From positions 558,001 through 622,000 of the forward strand of contig CAXXQE010000008.1 in assembly GCA_963665615.2 (NCBI GenBank): 64,000 bases of DNA, read 5' to 3'. Position 1 is the stretch's first letter. Each line of letters begins with the position of its first letter. Positions 39,221 through 49,515 of the stretch are shown here, piece by piece. Under the pieces are notes generated by a model. That model made no database searches. It had not been told where the DNA came from and saw only the letters and a program-made list of their open reading frames with translations. The position numbers and the translations under genes are program-made. The DNA comes from Syntrophales bacterium. Lineage in GTDB: Bacteria; Desulfobacterota; Syntrophia; Syntrophales; UBA4778.

Positions 39221-40129
39221 ATGGATCTTCAGGAAAGAGAAAAGCGATTCGGTCTGGCGGATAGCGTCATCAGGATGGGTTTCTGGATTAATGCTCTCCT
39301 GATGGTATTTAAGCTGATGGCCGGCCACTTCGGGCACTCCGAGGCCGTTTTTGCCGATGGGCTGGAGAGCGCCTGCGATTTCGTGGCGCTAGCGGCCACG
39401 CTGATCGCGCTTCGAATAGGCCGCAAGACCTTTGACGAAAAACATCCTTACGGTCACGGTCGAGCCGAATGCATTGCCGCGATCGTGGTCGCATTGATCA
39501 TTATTGCGACGGGTGGGGGCATTTTGTATCAGGCGGCGATGACCTTCGTCCGCGGGGATTATCCGGAGCCGCAATGGATCGCGGTGGCGGCGGCCTTTAC
39601 GACCGTGATCGTCAAGGAGACGCTCTTCCGTTACACGCACAGTGCGGCCCGGAAACTGGGAAGTCCCGCCGTGGAGGCGATTGCCCGGGACCACCGGAAG
39701 GACGCCCTCACGTCGGTGGCTACGCTGATCGGTGTGACGGGCGCCTGGTTCGGTGTCCTGCTTCTCGATCCGCTGGCGGCTGCGCTGACGGCCTGTTTCA
39801 TTTTCTACATCGGCTGGCAAACTTTTCAAAAGGCTGCCCACGATCTGATGGATGGGCAGCAGTGCGGCGAGGTTGTGACCGGCATCAGCGCCACGGCGAT
39901 GGAGGTTCCGGGCGTGGATGAGGTGCACGAGATCCGCTGTCGACGATCAGGTCAATACCTGATCGTCGATTTAAAACTGGAGATGGATCCGGAGATGACG
40001 GTTCGGCGTTCCCATGAGATTGCCACCGAGGTCAAGCGGCTGATATTCGAGCGCTTCAGCTATGTAGGCGATGTGATGATCCATATCAATCCAAGCAGCG
40101 AGGTGCATGACGACCTGATTCGACTGTGA
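39221..40129 (+). CDS. Cation diffusion facilitator (FieF-like) transporter
   Basis: SEAVFADG, HPYGHGRAE, DHRKD, C-terminal dimerisation domain ending VMIHINP. Confidence 0.92.
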   Translation: MDLQEREKRFGLADSVIRMGFWINALLMVFKLMAGHFGHSEAVFADGLESACDFVALAATLIALRIGRKTFDEKHPYGHGRAECIAAIVVALIIIATGGGILYQAAMTFVRGDYPEPQWIAVAAAFTTVIVKETLFRYTHSAARKLGSPAVEAIARDHRKDALTSVATLIGVTGAWFGVLLLDPLAAALTACFIFYIGWQTFQKAAHDLMDGQQCGEVVTGISATAMEVPGVDEVHEIRCRRSGQYLIVDLKLEMDPEMTVRRSHEIATEVKRLIFERFSYVGDVMIHINPSSEVHDDLIRL

Positions 40130-40163
40130 GACCGGGCCGAAGCCATCGGTAAGGTGGTCTGTT

Positions 40164-40370
40164 TTACTTTCGGGTATAGATCCGCGATCCTTCGGACAGC
40201 GCACCGTCCAGACCCAGTTCGAAGCCGTCAGGGTCGACGATGTGCAATCGGCCTTCTCGGCCCGCTTGATACAGGGCCTGATCGGCGGCGATAAGGGCGT
40301 GCTGGACGGTCATGCCATGGTAGATCTCGATGGGACGGTCGTTGATGTAAACCGTGATTTTTTCTTTCAT
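40164..40370 (-). CDS. Small hypothetical protein, possibly beta-grasp fold
   Basis: ATGA overlap with the nucleotidase stop; ITVYINDRPIEIYHGMTV..AL and LSEGSRI pattern. Confidence 0.7.
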   Translation of the reverse strand: MKEKITVYINDRPIEIYHGMTVQHALIAADQALYQAGREGRLHIVDPDGFELGLDGALSEGSRIYTRK

Positions 40371-41938
40371 CGTTTTTCCGTCTGCTCCGCACTGGCAAAC
40401 CAGATCCGGCCGTCTAAACGCAGCGTCAGCGGGGATTGCGCTCGGAAGTAATCGGTGACGGCATCGCGAAAGTCTCCGTGGTAAACGATTTCTCTGCCGT
40501 TTTTAAAATAACCGAACCGATCCCCGCCGGCAGCAAGAAAATCGTTTGTCGCAATGCGGTAGGTCTTTTCGGCGTCCAGGGGTTGGCCGTTCACAACGAC
40601 ATCAACCACACGGGAACCGAAAGGCCGTTGCAGATTGTAGCTCACCCTGAGACCCGAGACCTGAAGCCCGACGCTGCCGTCACGATGAAGGCTTCGCTCT
40701 AAAATGTCGCGGATCTGTGCGCCCGTCAACGACATCGCGATCAGCTGATTGTCGAAGGGCAGCGTCGTATAGATCTGCTCCAGCGTAATCCGCCCCTTCG
40801 GCAGATCTGCACGGATACCGCCCGCATTCTGAAAGGCGATATCCGCATGGGCTGCCTGTCGTACGGCATCGCAAATCACATCCCCCAGAAGGGATTCGCC
40901 TTGAACGCTCCGATTGAGGTCGATCCGGGTTTCGCCGATGACAGCACTGAAGTGCTCCTTGATGCGAGCATAGTGTCTTTGAACAAGCTGATCCATGGCT
41001 GCTTCGAAGGGGTCGCCCGGTCCCGAGGAGACTTTTTTCAGGACGCGTTGATTGTGTTCGACAACTTGCTTTGAGTTCTTATCGATCTTGATCCTCAGAA
41101 CGCCCAGATACTCGCCGTAGCATTTCGCCTGAACGATAAGCGTGTGATTGACTTCAAGTGCTTTGGTAACAGCCGTATGGGTATGACCGCCGATGACGAC
41201 GTCGATGCCGGAAACCCGTTGCGCCAGCCCTCGGTCTTCATCGAGCCCCAAATGGGACAGTACCATAATCAGATCTGCGCCCTTCGCGCGCAGGTCCGCG
41301 ATCAGCGGCCGCAGAGCCTTCTCCGGATTTAGAAAATTCAGGCCTGCGACATGGTCGGGCTTGGTGCTGAAGGGGGTGTCAGGTGTGGTCAAGCCAATCA
41401 GGGCGATCTGAAGCCCTTTTCTCCGGACCATCGCGTAGGCCTTGAGGCCTCTTGGCTGTTGACCGGTTCTATCAACGATGTTGGCTGCGAGGAAGGGAAA
41501 ACGAGCCGTCGAAGCAAGCTCTTGTAGTTTAGAGAGGCCCCAGTCGAATTCGTGATTGCCTACGGCCGTTGCATCGAAGTGCAAGGCATTGAGGACATCA
41601 AGGACGGGTTGACCATAAAAGACATTGGAGATCGGTGTGCCCTGAAACAGATCTCCAGCGGCGAGAAGCAGTGTACCGTCAGGATTCTGAGCGCGTTCGT
41701 TGTCGATCATCCGGGCGAGATGTGCCGCGCCCCCGACGGCCCTCTTCGCCTCTACCCCATCGTTATCGGCTGAGCTTTGTGGCAGGATGTGGCCGTGCAG
41801 ATCATTGATAAAGAGAATCGTCAGATCGACGCGAGACGAACCTGAATCTGTCGCGGCAAATGGGCCACCAAGTGGCAATAGCAGCAGCGACAGAGCGACT
41901 GCACAACGCAGGAACCAGAAAAAGAGCCTTCCCGTCAT
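40367..41938 (-). CDS. Periplasmic 5'-nucleotidase / UDP-sugar hydrolase (UshA family)
   Basis: Signal peptide, NDLHG, AGDLFQG, GNHEFD, LSHLG, GGHTH, C-terminal NAGGIR..LPFDN..GGD. Confidence 0.93.
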   Translation of the reverse strand: MTGRLFFWFLRCAVALSLLLLPLGGPFAATDSGSSRVDLTILFINDLHGHILPQSSADNDGVEAKRAVGGAAHLARMIDNERAQNPDGTLLLAAGDLFQGTPISNVFYGQPVLDVLNALHFDATAVGNHEFDWGLSKLQELASTARFPFLAANIVDRTGQQPRGLKAYAMVRRKGLQIALIGLTTPDTPFSTKPDHVAGLNFLNPEKALRPLIADLRAKGADLIMVLSHLGLDEDRGLAQRVSGIDVVIGGHTHTAVTKALEVNHTLIVQAKCYGEYLGVLRIKIDKNSKQVVEHNQRVLKKVSSGPGDPFEAAMDQLVQRHYARIKEHFSAVIGETRIDLNRSVQGESLLGDVICDAVRQAAHADIAFQNAGGIRADLPKGRITLEQIYTTLPFDNQLIAMSLTGAQIRDILERSLHRDGSVGLQVSGLRVSYNLQRPFGSRVVDVVVNGQPLDAEKTYRIATNDFLAAGGDRFGYFKNGREIVYHGDFRDAVTDYFRAQSPLTLRLDGRIWFASAEQTEKR

Positions 41939-41962
41939 CTTCAGTAGTCAGTTGGAAACGGA

Positions 41963-42274
41963 TTAGAAACGCCGCCTGTCTCCGCCTCCGCCATCACGAC
42001 GTCTCGGACCACTGCCGCTTCGCCGATCATTTGCGGGGGGCCTGGCCTCCTTGACGGTCAGGTTGCGACCTTTCATTTCCTTGCCATCCAATGCGGAAAT
42101 CGCAGCAGCAGCTTCGGCGGCGTCAGGCATTTCAACAAATCCGAAGCCTTTCGAGCGGCCGCTGATTTTGTCCTTGATCAGATGGGCGGATGCGACCTTA
42201 CCGTGGGATACAAACAATTCTTTCAATTCTTCTTCTGTGACACCGTACGCCAGATTGCCAATGTAGATATTCAT
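41963..42274 (-). CDS. RRM RNA-binding protein
   Basis: MNIYIGNL (RNP2), KGFGFVEM (RNP1), Gly/Arg-rich tail. Confidence 0.95.
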   Translation of the reverse strand: MNIYIGNLAYGVTEEELKELFVSHGKVASAHLIKDKISGRSKGFGFVEMPDAAEAAAAISALDGKEMKGRNLTVKEARPPANDRRSGSGPRRRDGGGGDRRRF

Positions 42275-42704
42275 GCTTTTCGCTCTTCCTGTTTCAGACC
42301 ATCGAACCCCGCTCCTGCACACGCAAGGGCAGTCAAGAAATCCCGGAAATCATCTGACTCCAAGGCCCATCATTTAAATCGGACTTAATGATTACTATCA
42401 TGCGCTTTCCGTCGATTGTCAAGAAGTATCGGCCAGCCTGGCACTTCCTGTTCATTAAGGCTTATCGAATACCTATTTCTTCCTGCCTGTTTTTCTCGCC
42501 AAAGCTTGCGTTATTGACACCGGAAGGACGGGGATGCTTCACAGCATTAAAAAGAAACCTCTATCAGCGCCCTAGTGGTTGTCCCATCTGGTTGCTGGTA
42601 GTAGTATCATGGCTGGCGATTCCAAGGGGGGCCCTCTGCCAGTGGAAGAAGTGGCAAGAGCTTTTTTTAAATTTCTTGCTTTTTAGGTCAATTCTTGATT
42701 TACT

Positions 42705-42745
42705 TGGAACAAATTTGTTCCATAGTGGAACACCGAGAGTTCCAC
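42705..42745. promoter_or_regulatory. Tandem palindromic operator sites upstream of the sigma54 activator gene
   Basis: TGGAAC-AAATTT-GTTCCA (42705-42722) and GTGGAAC-N7-GTTCCAC (42725-42745); same motif at 52607. Confidence 0.7.
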
Positions 42746-42766
42746 GCATCCTTCGGAGAGATTCTT

Positions 42767-44788
42767 ATGACTGCCAATCAAATTCCGCACGAGTCCATCA
42801 CATTGCATGAAATAGAGTATCCTGACTCGGATCGACGGATAAGATACAGCAAAACCAGGAGTGAGTGGGAAAAGTTTATACACGGGAATTCCTCGATAGA
42901 TTCTTTAATTATACCCAAGGAGATTCTGGAGTCCTGGAAACGATGCAAGGCATTGGGCGTAGATCCTTATGGAACCGTGATTGATAAGGTTTTGTCCGGA
43001 AAAGCCTTGCAGCGCCTCCTTGAAAAAAATTGGGCTTTCATTGAGGTGAGCCGCCCTTTTATGGAGAATCTTTATCAATTTGTGGCAGGGTCCGGTTTTC
43101 TCGTAACCTTGTACGATCATGACGGTTTTTTGCTTGAGATTATGGGCGATCCCGAGCTTGTTGAAAATGTTCGCAAGGCCAATCTCGTTGTGGGAGCCTG
43201 TCTTGCCGAGGAGGTTGCCGGAACGACCGCGCCAGGAACCGCGCTGGTATTGAACAGACCCATTCAGATATACGGCGCGCAGCATTACCGCCGGTACTAT
43301 CACAAAGAGAGCGATTCGGCAGCTCCGATATATGATCCCTCTGGGGCCTTCATCGGCGTCATTGTCGTGAGCGGCCCCTACTTCGTCGCCAATGCGCACA
43401 CCCTGGGCATGGTCGTTGCGGCAGCGCAAGCCATCGGCAACATTATGACGACGAAGCGGGCCTATGAAGATATCCAGATTTCTAACAGTTATCTGCGAGC
43501 GGTCTTGTCCTCCGTTTCCGAAGCACTCATCGCTGTCGATAATCATGGTCGCATTTCTTTGATCAATGACAATGCCAAAAGATTGTTTATTCCGACAGGA
43601 ACTCAACCGGTTGGGGAGGACGTTCGATCTGTGTTCGGCCCTCAGAACCAAAGCCTCCTGAATCTTATTGAAAATAAAAACCATCTGACCGATACCGAAA
43701 TCAAGATATGGTCCAATAATAAATTCAGCGATTACCTCCTGACCTGCAATCCCATTTATCCCGACAAGGGAACCAAGATCGGCAAAGTTTTCATTATCAG
43801 CGAAATCAAGCGTGCCAATAGCCTGGTCAACAAGATCATCGGCGCCAAGGCCAATTTTGAATTTGGCGATATCTGCGGAAAAAATGAAAGATTCCTTGAA
43901 TTGGTCAGGCAGGCCAAGATCGTTGCCAAAAACAACTCGAATATCCTTCTGCTCGGGAAAAGTGGTACCGGCAAGGATGTCTTCGCGCAAGCCATCCACA
44001 ATGATAGCCTTCGACGCAATGCGCCTTTCATGGCCATCAATTGCGCGGCGATCCCAAGAGATCTGATCTCCAGTGAGCTTTTCGGCTATGCCGAAGGTGC
44101 GTTCACCGGCTCGCGGCGCGGCGGCAGCAGAGGCAAGTTCGAATTGGCCGACGGGGGCACCATTTTTCTCGACGAGATCGGCGAAATTCCCCTGGAACTG
44201 CAGGCTGTTTTGTTGAGGGTCATTGAGGACAAGTCAATCATACGGATCGGCGGCTCCGAATTCAAACCGATCGATGTCCGCATCATCGCGGCAACCAACA
44301 AGAACCTTGAGGAGGAGGTGAGAAAAGGAAACTTCCGGGAGGATCTCTATTATCGTCTCAATGTCTTTACGATTAATATGATCCCCCTGAAGGAAAGGCT
44401 GGATGATATTCCCCTCCTTGTGACTTTTTTTGTAAACAAGTATGGGCCGAGTTTCGGTAAAAAAATCGATACGATCGACAGGAAGATCTTTGAGTATTTC
44501 AAAAAATATTCATGGCCGGGAAACATCCGGGAATTACAGAATGTTATCGAGCGCATGTTGAACCTGACGGTCTCCAACCGGCTCGATTCCGATCTGATCC
44601 CCGCCAATATGCTGAAGCTGGAACTGGGGGGCGAATTGGATTATCTTTCGGATGATTCTGGCGCCAATGAATTGCAATTGATTCGAAAGATGCTGAAAAT
44701 GAATCTCCCCAAAAAGGAAATCGCCAGAAAATTAAAGATGGGACGGACAACGCTGTATCGCAGGTTGGCCGAAAACGACCTTGTTTAG
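42767..44788 (+). CDS. sigma54-dependent transcriptional activator (AcoR-like GAF-PAS-AAA+-HTH)
   Basis: ILESWKRC GAF start, PAS, GKSGTGKD, SELFGY..GAFTGS, FLDEIGE, WPGNIREL, HTH GRTTLYRRL. Confidence 0.95.
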   Translation: MTANQIPHESITLHEIEYPDSDRRIRYSKTRSEWEKFIHGNSSIDSLIIPKEILESWKRCKALGVDPYGTVIDKVLSGKALQRLLEKNWAFIEVSRPFMENLYQFVAGSGFLVTLYDHDGFLLEIMGDPELVENVRKANLVVGACLAEEVAGTTAPGTALVLNRPIQIYGAQHYRRYYHKESDSAAPIYDPSGAFIGVIVVSGPYFVANAHTLGMVVAAAQAIGNIMTTKRAYEDIQISNSYLRAVLSSVSEALIAVDNHGRISLINDNAKRLFIPTGTQPVGEDVRSVFGPQNQSLLNLIENKNHLTDTEIKIWSNNKFSDYLLTCNPIYPDKGTKIGKVFIISEIKRANSLVNKIIGAKANFEFGDICGKNERFLELVRQAKIVAKNNSNILLLGKSGTGKDVFAQAIHNDSLRRNAPFMAINCAAIPRDLISSELFGYAEGAFTGSRRGGSRGKFELADGGTIFLDEIGEIPLELQAVLLRVIEDKSIIRIGGSEFKPIDVRIIAATNKNLEEEVRKGNFREDLYYRLNVFTINMIPLKERLDDIPLLVTFFVNKYGPSFGKKIDTIDRKIFEYFKKYSWPGNIRELQNVIERMLNLTVSNRLDSDLIPANMLKLELGGELDYLSDDSGANELQLIRKMLKMNLPKKEIARKLKMGRTTLYRRLAENDLV

Positions 44789-44869
44789 TTCTGACTGTAT
44801 GGAACTTCCCTCCCGGCGCGAAAGATGCTTGGCGAGAATGATAAAGTCCATTTCATAAAGGAGAAAGAT

Positions 44870-45643
44870 ATGGCCGAGTCAGTTGAATCTCTATTTTCAT
44901 TAAAGGGGAAGACAGCCCTGATCACAGGCGGATATAAGAGTATCGGATTTGCCATCACGGAAGTTCTGGCTGCCGCGGGCGCCGATGTTGTCATTGCTGC
45001 CCGAAAAGTCGAAGCTTGCATCGAAGCAGCGCGAAGGATCAAGGGTGAATACGGTGTAGATGCCTTGGGCCTGGGACTCGATATTCGGAACACGTCTCAA
45101 GTGGACGATGCGATTGGCTCGATCGTGCAAAAGTACGGGAAGCTGGATATCGTCGTGAATAATGCGGGCGTGGAAGGTTCCTTGAAGCCCTTTGTAAAAA
45201 TGACAGATGAAGAAGTGGACAACGTAATGGACCTTAATTTTGGAGGGACTTTTAAGGTCTGCAGGGCGGCGGCGCGCGTGATGATCGGACAAAAAAGCGG
45301 AAAAATAATCAACGTGTCGTCTATTGCAGGGAAAAAGGCGCTATACGTGATGGCCGAGTATTGCGCGAGCAAGGCCGCGGTCACGCAATTCACCCGCGTG
45401 ATCGCTCTGGAGTTGGCGCGCTACGGCATTCAAGCCAACACCCTGTGCCCCGGTTTCTTTTATACGGATATGACAGCGTCTGAATTTGCGAGGCCGGAAG
45501 TTGAGAAGGTGACGGTGAGCAAGATACCTGTCGGGTATATTGCTCAAGTCCATGACCTGAAGACGGCTGCCTTGTATCTGGCAACATGCCCGAATTATGT
45601 AACCGGGACGGAAGTTTACGTGGACGGCGGGTGTTCTATTTAA
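44870..45643 (+). CDS. Short-chain dehydrogenase/reductase
   Basis: LITGGYKSIG, VNNAG, INVSS, YCASK, DGG; AAGGAG SD. Confidence 0.92.
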   Translation: MAESVESLFSLKGKTALITGGYKSIGFAITEVLAAAGADVVIAARKVEACIEAARRIKGEYGVDALGLGLDIRNTSQVDDAIGSIVQKYGKLDIVVNNAGVEGSLKPFVKMTDEEVDNVMDLNFGGTFKVCRAAARVMIGQKSGKIINVSSIAGKKALYVMAEYCASKAAVTQFTRVIALELARYGIQANTLCPGFFYTDMTASEFARPEVEKVTVSKIPVGYIAQVHDLKTAALYLATCPNYVTGTEVYVDGGCSI

Positions 45644-45657
45644 TGAGTACGGTCCTA

Positions 45658-45719
45658 CTCGCTTACCCCGCAAGTTACTGCGGGGTAAGCGAGCGGATCC
45701 TGCCTGAATATCTTCCTTA
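45658..45719. terminator. Family C-derived perfect 15-bp hairpin between convergent genes
   Basis: CTCGCTTACCCCGCA-agttac-TGCGGGGTAAGCGAG; right arm matches the family C core. Confidence 0.6.
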
Positions 45720-47150
45720 TTTATTCTCTTTAATGCCTGCGAGATGTTTGACCAGATCTTTTTTCGATTTCAGATCATAATTGCTGCGGATGCCGATCAT
45801 CTCCATGATGGGAGACCCGCCGCCGTGAACGCCCGCATACTGCCAGACCCCAGACCAGGCCGAGCACGAGAAATCTGAAATGAACCGGAACAACCGGTGC
45901 TGGTCCTCAGCGCTGACTCCGGGTTTTCTCATGCTGTATTTCTCAAGGAAACCCTTGATATCCTTGTTATAAAAGTCTTCTTCATACGGCATGGTGGCCG
46001 GCCAGCCGCCTGCGGTCGCCGACAGAATGTCGTATTCGTGATAGATGTTGACTCCGGCATGGTAACGCCCGGCGTTGCTGTACATGAAGTTCGGTTCAAA
46101 AGTACCCGAAGATGTTTTTGTGCCCTTGACGGCTGCAGCAATACCGGCGGCAAAGACCAATTCGGCCGTCACCATCAGCTTGGCCAGATCGTCCTTGATG
46201 TGAGGCGCATTGCCCACGCCATTGTATTCCGCAACCATGGCCGTCGCCCCCATGAAGACATCCGTCATGGCCGGTTTACAGCCACAGTAGCTGAAACGAT
46301 GGTAATTGGCAAACAGGAGCGCAAGACGGCCGGCATATTGCCACTCGCCGCACATGAAAACACGCTCCCAGGGCACAAACACATGATCGAAGACGGTCAG
46401 TGAATCCATCATGCCGCGTTCGTTGAACGGCGCTTTGATATGGGTGCGCGGCCGCGGCTGGGTCGCCCTGGCGAGCAGGGACACCCCCTCCGCATCCGAG
46501 GGAATCGCAAAAGCAACCGCCCAGTCCGCATCGTCTTTCGTCATGGCGCGTGTCGGCACAACAAGGACTTCATCCGCATAGGGCGCGATTGTATTGTGCG
46601 CCTTGGCGCCGCAAACAACAATTCCGTCTTTTCTCTTTTCGACAACCCTTAAATAGAGATCCGGATCCTGCTGCTCGGAAGGCCGCTTCGAACGATCACC
46701 CTTGATATCGGTCTGACCGGCGTTGCCGCAGAGATTGTTCTCCTGATAGAATTTCAGATAATTGAGAAAGCGCTGATGGTACTCGGTCCCAAGATCATCA
46801 TCCATCTCCTTTGTCACAACAGAAATAGCGCTGATCGTATCATTGGCCATGCACCGCTGAAAACAACCGCCGCAAAGCCCGCATAAATCACGCGTCAACT
46901 GCTGCCGTTGCAGCAGATCTTCCGTGCTCTGCGGAACATGCGTGTAAAGATTGATGTCCTTCCCGGTTACCGAAGACTTGATAATGGCTCGGTCCTTGAA
47001 CCGGGGATCGTCTTCCGCATCATAACTGACTCGAATCGTTTCCATTCCGGCCAAAACTCTCGGGTCGTTTCGCCCGATCTTTTCCCCGCCAACAAAAATG
47101 TTGGGCCGCATCTTCAGTAGTCGCTCTTTGTACTTTTCAAATGAACTCAT
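45717..47150 (-). CDS. abfD: 4-hydroxybutyryl-CoA dehydratase / vinylacetyl-CoA isomerase family (FAD, 4Fe-4S)
   Basis: CFQRC and HRFSYCGCK cluster-ligand motifs, TDIKGDRSKRP, GAKAH, FDHVFVPWERVF, HGGGSP. Confidence 0.85.
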   Translation of the reverse strand: MSSFEKYKERLLKMRPNIFVGGEKIGRNDPRVLAGMETIRVSYDAEDDPRFKDRAIIKSSVTGKDINLYTHVPQSTEDLLQRQQLTRDLCGLCGGCFQRCMANDTISAISVVTKEMDDDLGTEYHQRFLNYLKFYQENNLCGNAGQTDIKGDRSKRPSEQQDPDLYLRVVEKRKDGIVVCGAKAHNTIAPYADEVLVVPTRAMTKDDADWAVAFAIPSDAEGVSLLARATQPRPRTHIKAPFNERGMMDSLTVFDHVFVPWERVFMCGEWQYAGRLALLFANYHRFSYCGCKPAMTDVFMGATAMVAEYNGVGNAPHIKDDLAKLMVTAELVFAAGIAAAVKGTKTSSGTFEPNFMYSNAGRYHAGVNIYHEYDILSATAGGWPATMPYEEDFYNKDIKGFLEKYSMRKPGVSAEDQHRLFRFISDFSCSAWSGVWQYAGVHGGGSPIMEMIGIRSNYDLKSKKDLVKHLAGIKENK

Positions 47151-47231
47151 TGTCTGTCTCCTCCCTTTATTGAATCGAATTAAAAATGGATTGAATTCTC
47201 ACGTTTTAATTTAAGTCTCGTTTTTCTTTTT

Positions 47232-48275
47232 TCAAGGTTGAATCACGATCCGGATAGGATTGCCGATTTTATCCCGCAAATGTTCCATGGCCGTATTGGC
47301 CTCCTCCAGAGGAAATGTTTCTGTAACCGAACCGCTAAGATCCAATACCCCCGTTTTAACCAGCTCCAACAGATTCGATATATCCTCGAGATCGTAACTG
47401 AAAGAGCCTATCAAGCTATATTCCTTCCAGACAAATAAGGATGGCGGCGGCGCAACGATATTTTCGTGCCCTACGCCGCTAACGACCAATCGTCCGCCGG
47501 CACGTAGAACTTTCGTGCCCAACGAAATGGTTGCAGAATGCCCGACAAACTCCAGAACCAGATCGACGCCGTCTCCGGTTATTCGCCTTATCAGGTTTTT
47601 GGCATCACTTGTTGCCTGGACAAGGTCTGTAGCGCCGACTTTTTCCGCCCTTCTCAAGGCGACTTCATTCGTATCGACAGCGATAATCCTGGATGCGCCA
47701 AGGATCTTGCACAGTTGAACGGCATGATATCCCAGCCCCCCGCAACCGATAACCGCGACGCTTTCACCTTGTTTCATCATGCCCCTTTTTACAATGGCAT
47801 GATAAGGCGTTGCGGCCGCGTCGGTCAAAACAGCCCCGTGCTCGAAGGAAATGCTATCGGGCAACCGGAGAACATGACTCGCAGGGGCGATCATATACTC
47901 CGCCATGGCGCCGTCGGTGTGAATACCGATAATCCGGGTATCAGGACAGATAGACGCACGACCGCTATGGCAATACGAACATTTGCCGCAATTCAGGACC
48001 GCATCCACAATCACCCGGTCGCCTGGCTGCCAGTTACTTACGCCTCTACCGACTGCGGCAATAACGCCGCTGGACTCATGTCCCAGTACGATCGGTTTGT
48101 AAGCGGTCGGGAGATTCCCTTCATAGAGAATGTGTAGATCGGAGCCGCAGATGCCGATCGCCTTGACACAAATTAAAACGTCATTTTCTCCAACATCAGG
48201 GACAGGTAAATTCTCCATGCGCAAGGGCTCATTGACCGCATGAAAGCGCATAGCCCTCATATAATGGCCGGACAT
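47232..48275 (-). CDS. Zinc-dependent alcohol dehydrogenase (MDR family)
   Basis: CGSDLH, GHE, CGKCSYC..C structural Zn, GCGGLG. Confidence 0.93.
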   Translation of the reverse strand: MSGHYMRAMRFHAVNEPLRMENLPVPDVGENDVLICVKAIGICGSDLHILYEGNLPTAYKPIVLGHESSGVIAAVGRGVSNWQPGDRVIVDAVLNCGKCSYCHSGRASICPDTRIIGIHTDGAMAEYMIAPASHVLRLPDSISFEHGAVLTDAAATPYHAIVKRGMMKQGESVAVIGCGGLGYHAVQLCKILGASRIIAVDTNEVALRRAEKVGATDLVQATSDAKNLIRRITGDGVDLVLEFVGHSATISLGTKVLRAGGRLVVSGVGHENIVAPPPSLFVWKEYSLIGSFSYDLEDISNLLELVKTGVLDLSGSVTETFPLEEANTAMEHLRDKIGNPIRIVIQP

Positions 48276-48297
48276 TTAATGTAGCCCCCTGAGATTT

Positions 48298-49479
48298 TTA
48301 AACACATCTACCTGAACCCGCGGACTGCTCCAGCTCGGAAAGCATCCTGAGCTTGTTTACGATATTTGACGTAATGACGGCGCAATCGACCATCTCTTTT
48401 CTCGTATTGTCCTTTCCAAGACTAAACCGGATCGTGCCCATCGCCTGCTCGTGCGTTAATCCGATCGCGGTCAGGACATGCGATATGTCCTGAGATCCTG
48501 TATGGCATGCCGCCCCAGCAGACACCGATATGCCTTCACGATCGAGGGCTCGTAGCAACACATCGGCTTTGACACCATTGAATGAGACACTCAGGATATG
48601 GGGCAGCCGCTCGGTATCATCCGCGGGACCATTGACATCGATATCCGGGATCAGCTGCGTCAGCTTGTCCTGCAATAGATCCCGTAGTGCCTGGATTCGT
48701 GCTCTCTCAGCCAGTTGTGCTGCGGCCAGTTCACACGCCTTGCCGAAACCGACAATGGCCGCGACGTTTTCCGTTCCACTTCTCAATCCGTTTTGTTGCC
48801 CGCCTCCGAAGGACACCGGAGCCACCTTCATGCCTTTTCGGACGAAAAGGGCGCCGATTCCCTTTGGACCATACATCTTATGAGCCGAGAGAGACAGCAG
48901 ATCACAATGTATATCTGCGACCCGGACCGGGATTTTCCCCACGCTCTGCACGCAGTCCGTGTGAAAGGGAATATTGTGCTCCTTCGCGATGGCTCCCAGG
49001 TTACGCACAGGCTGGATCGTTCCGATCTCGTTGTTGCCGTGCATAATGCTGATCAGAATCGTGTTTTTTCTGATCGCCTTCTTGAGGTCTTCCGGATTGA
49101 CCCGCCCCGCTTTGTCTGTCGAAAGGCATCTGATCCGGAATCCACGGGCCTCCAAACTTCTGCACGCATTGAGAACAGCAGGGTGTTCAATCGCAGAAGT
49201 AACAATATACTTCCCCTTGCTGGCGTGGCAGGCGGCGGTTCCAAGTACTGCCAGATTATCCGCTTCCGTTCCGCCGGAGGTAAAAAAAATTTCTCCAGGT
49301 TCAGCACCGATCAAAGCGGCCACTTTCTCCCGCGCTTCCTCAACGGCCTGTCGTGCCCTTTTCCCGTGCTGATGCGCACTGGAAGGATTGCCGTAGATGT
49401 CGGAAAAAAATGGCCGCATGGCGCTCAACACGGCGTGGTGAACGCGTGTTGTAGAGCTATGATCGAGATAAATGGCCAT
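48298..49479 (-). CDS. iscS: Cysteine desulfurase (IscS/NifS class I)
   Basis: IYLD..TT, YGNPSS, TSGGTE, SAHKMYGPKG (PLP Lys), RSGTEN, SAGAAC, IRFSLG. Confidence 0.9.
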   Translation of the reverse strand: MAIYLDHSSTTRVHHAVLSAMRPFFSDIYGNPSSAHQHGKRARQAVEEAREKVAALIGAEPGEIFFTSGGTEADNLAVLGTAACHASKGKYIVTSAIEHPAVLNACRSLEARGFRIRCLSTDKAGRVNPEDLKKAIRKNTILISIMHGNNEIGTIQPVRNLGAIAKEHNIPFHTDCVQSVGKIPVRVADIHCDLLSLSAHKMYGPKGIGALFVRKGMKVAPVSFGGGQQNGLRSGTENVAAIVGFGKACELAAAQLAERARIQALRDLLQDKLTQLIPDIDVNGPADDTERLPHILSVSFNGVKADVLLRALDREGISVSAGAACHTGSQDISHVLTAIGLTHEQAMGTIRFSLGKDNTRKEMVDCAVITSNIVNKLRMLSELEQSAGSGRCV

Positions 49480-49515
49480 GAACGATCACAGATTGAAAAT
49501 AATTCATCTTAAAAT

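Noticed and set aside
42563..42642. tRNA-like or att-site sequence ending in CTGCCA at the island edge
   Set aside because: No T-loop (GTTCGA) or cloverleaf, no direct repeat found at the other island end, and no integrase
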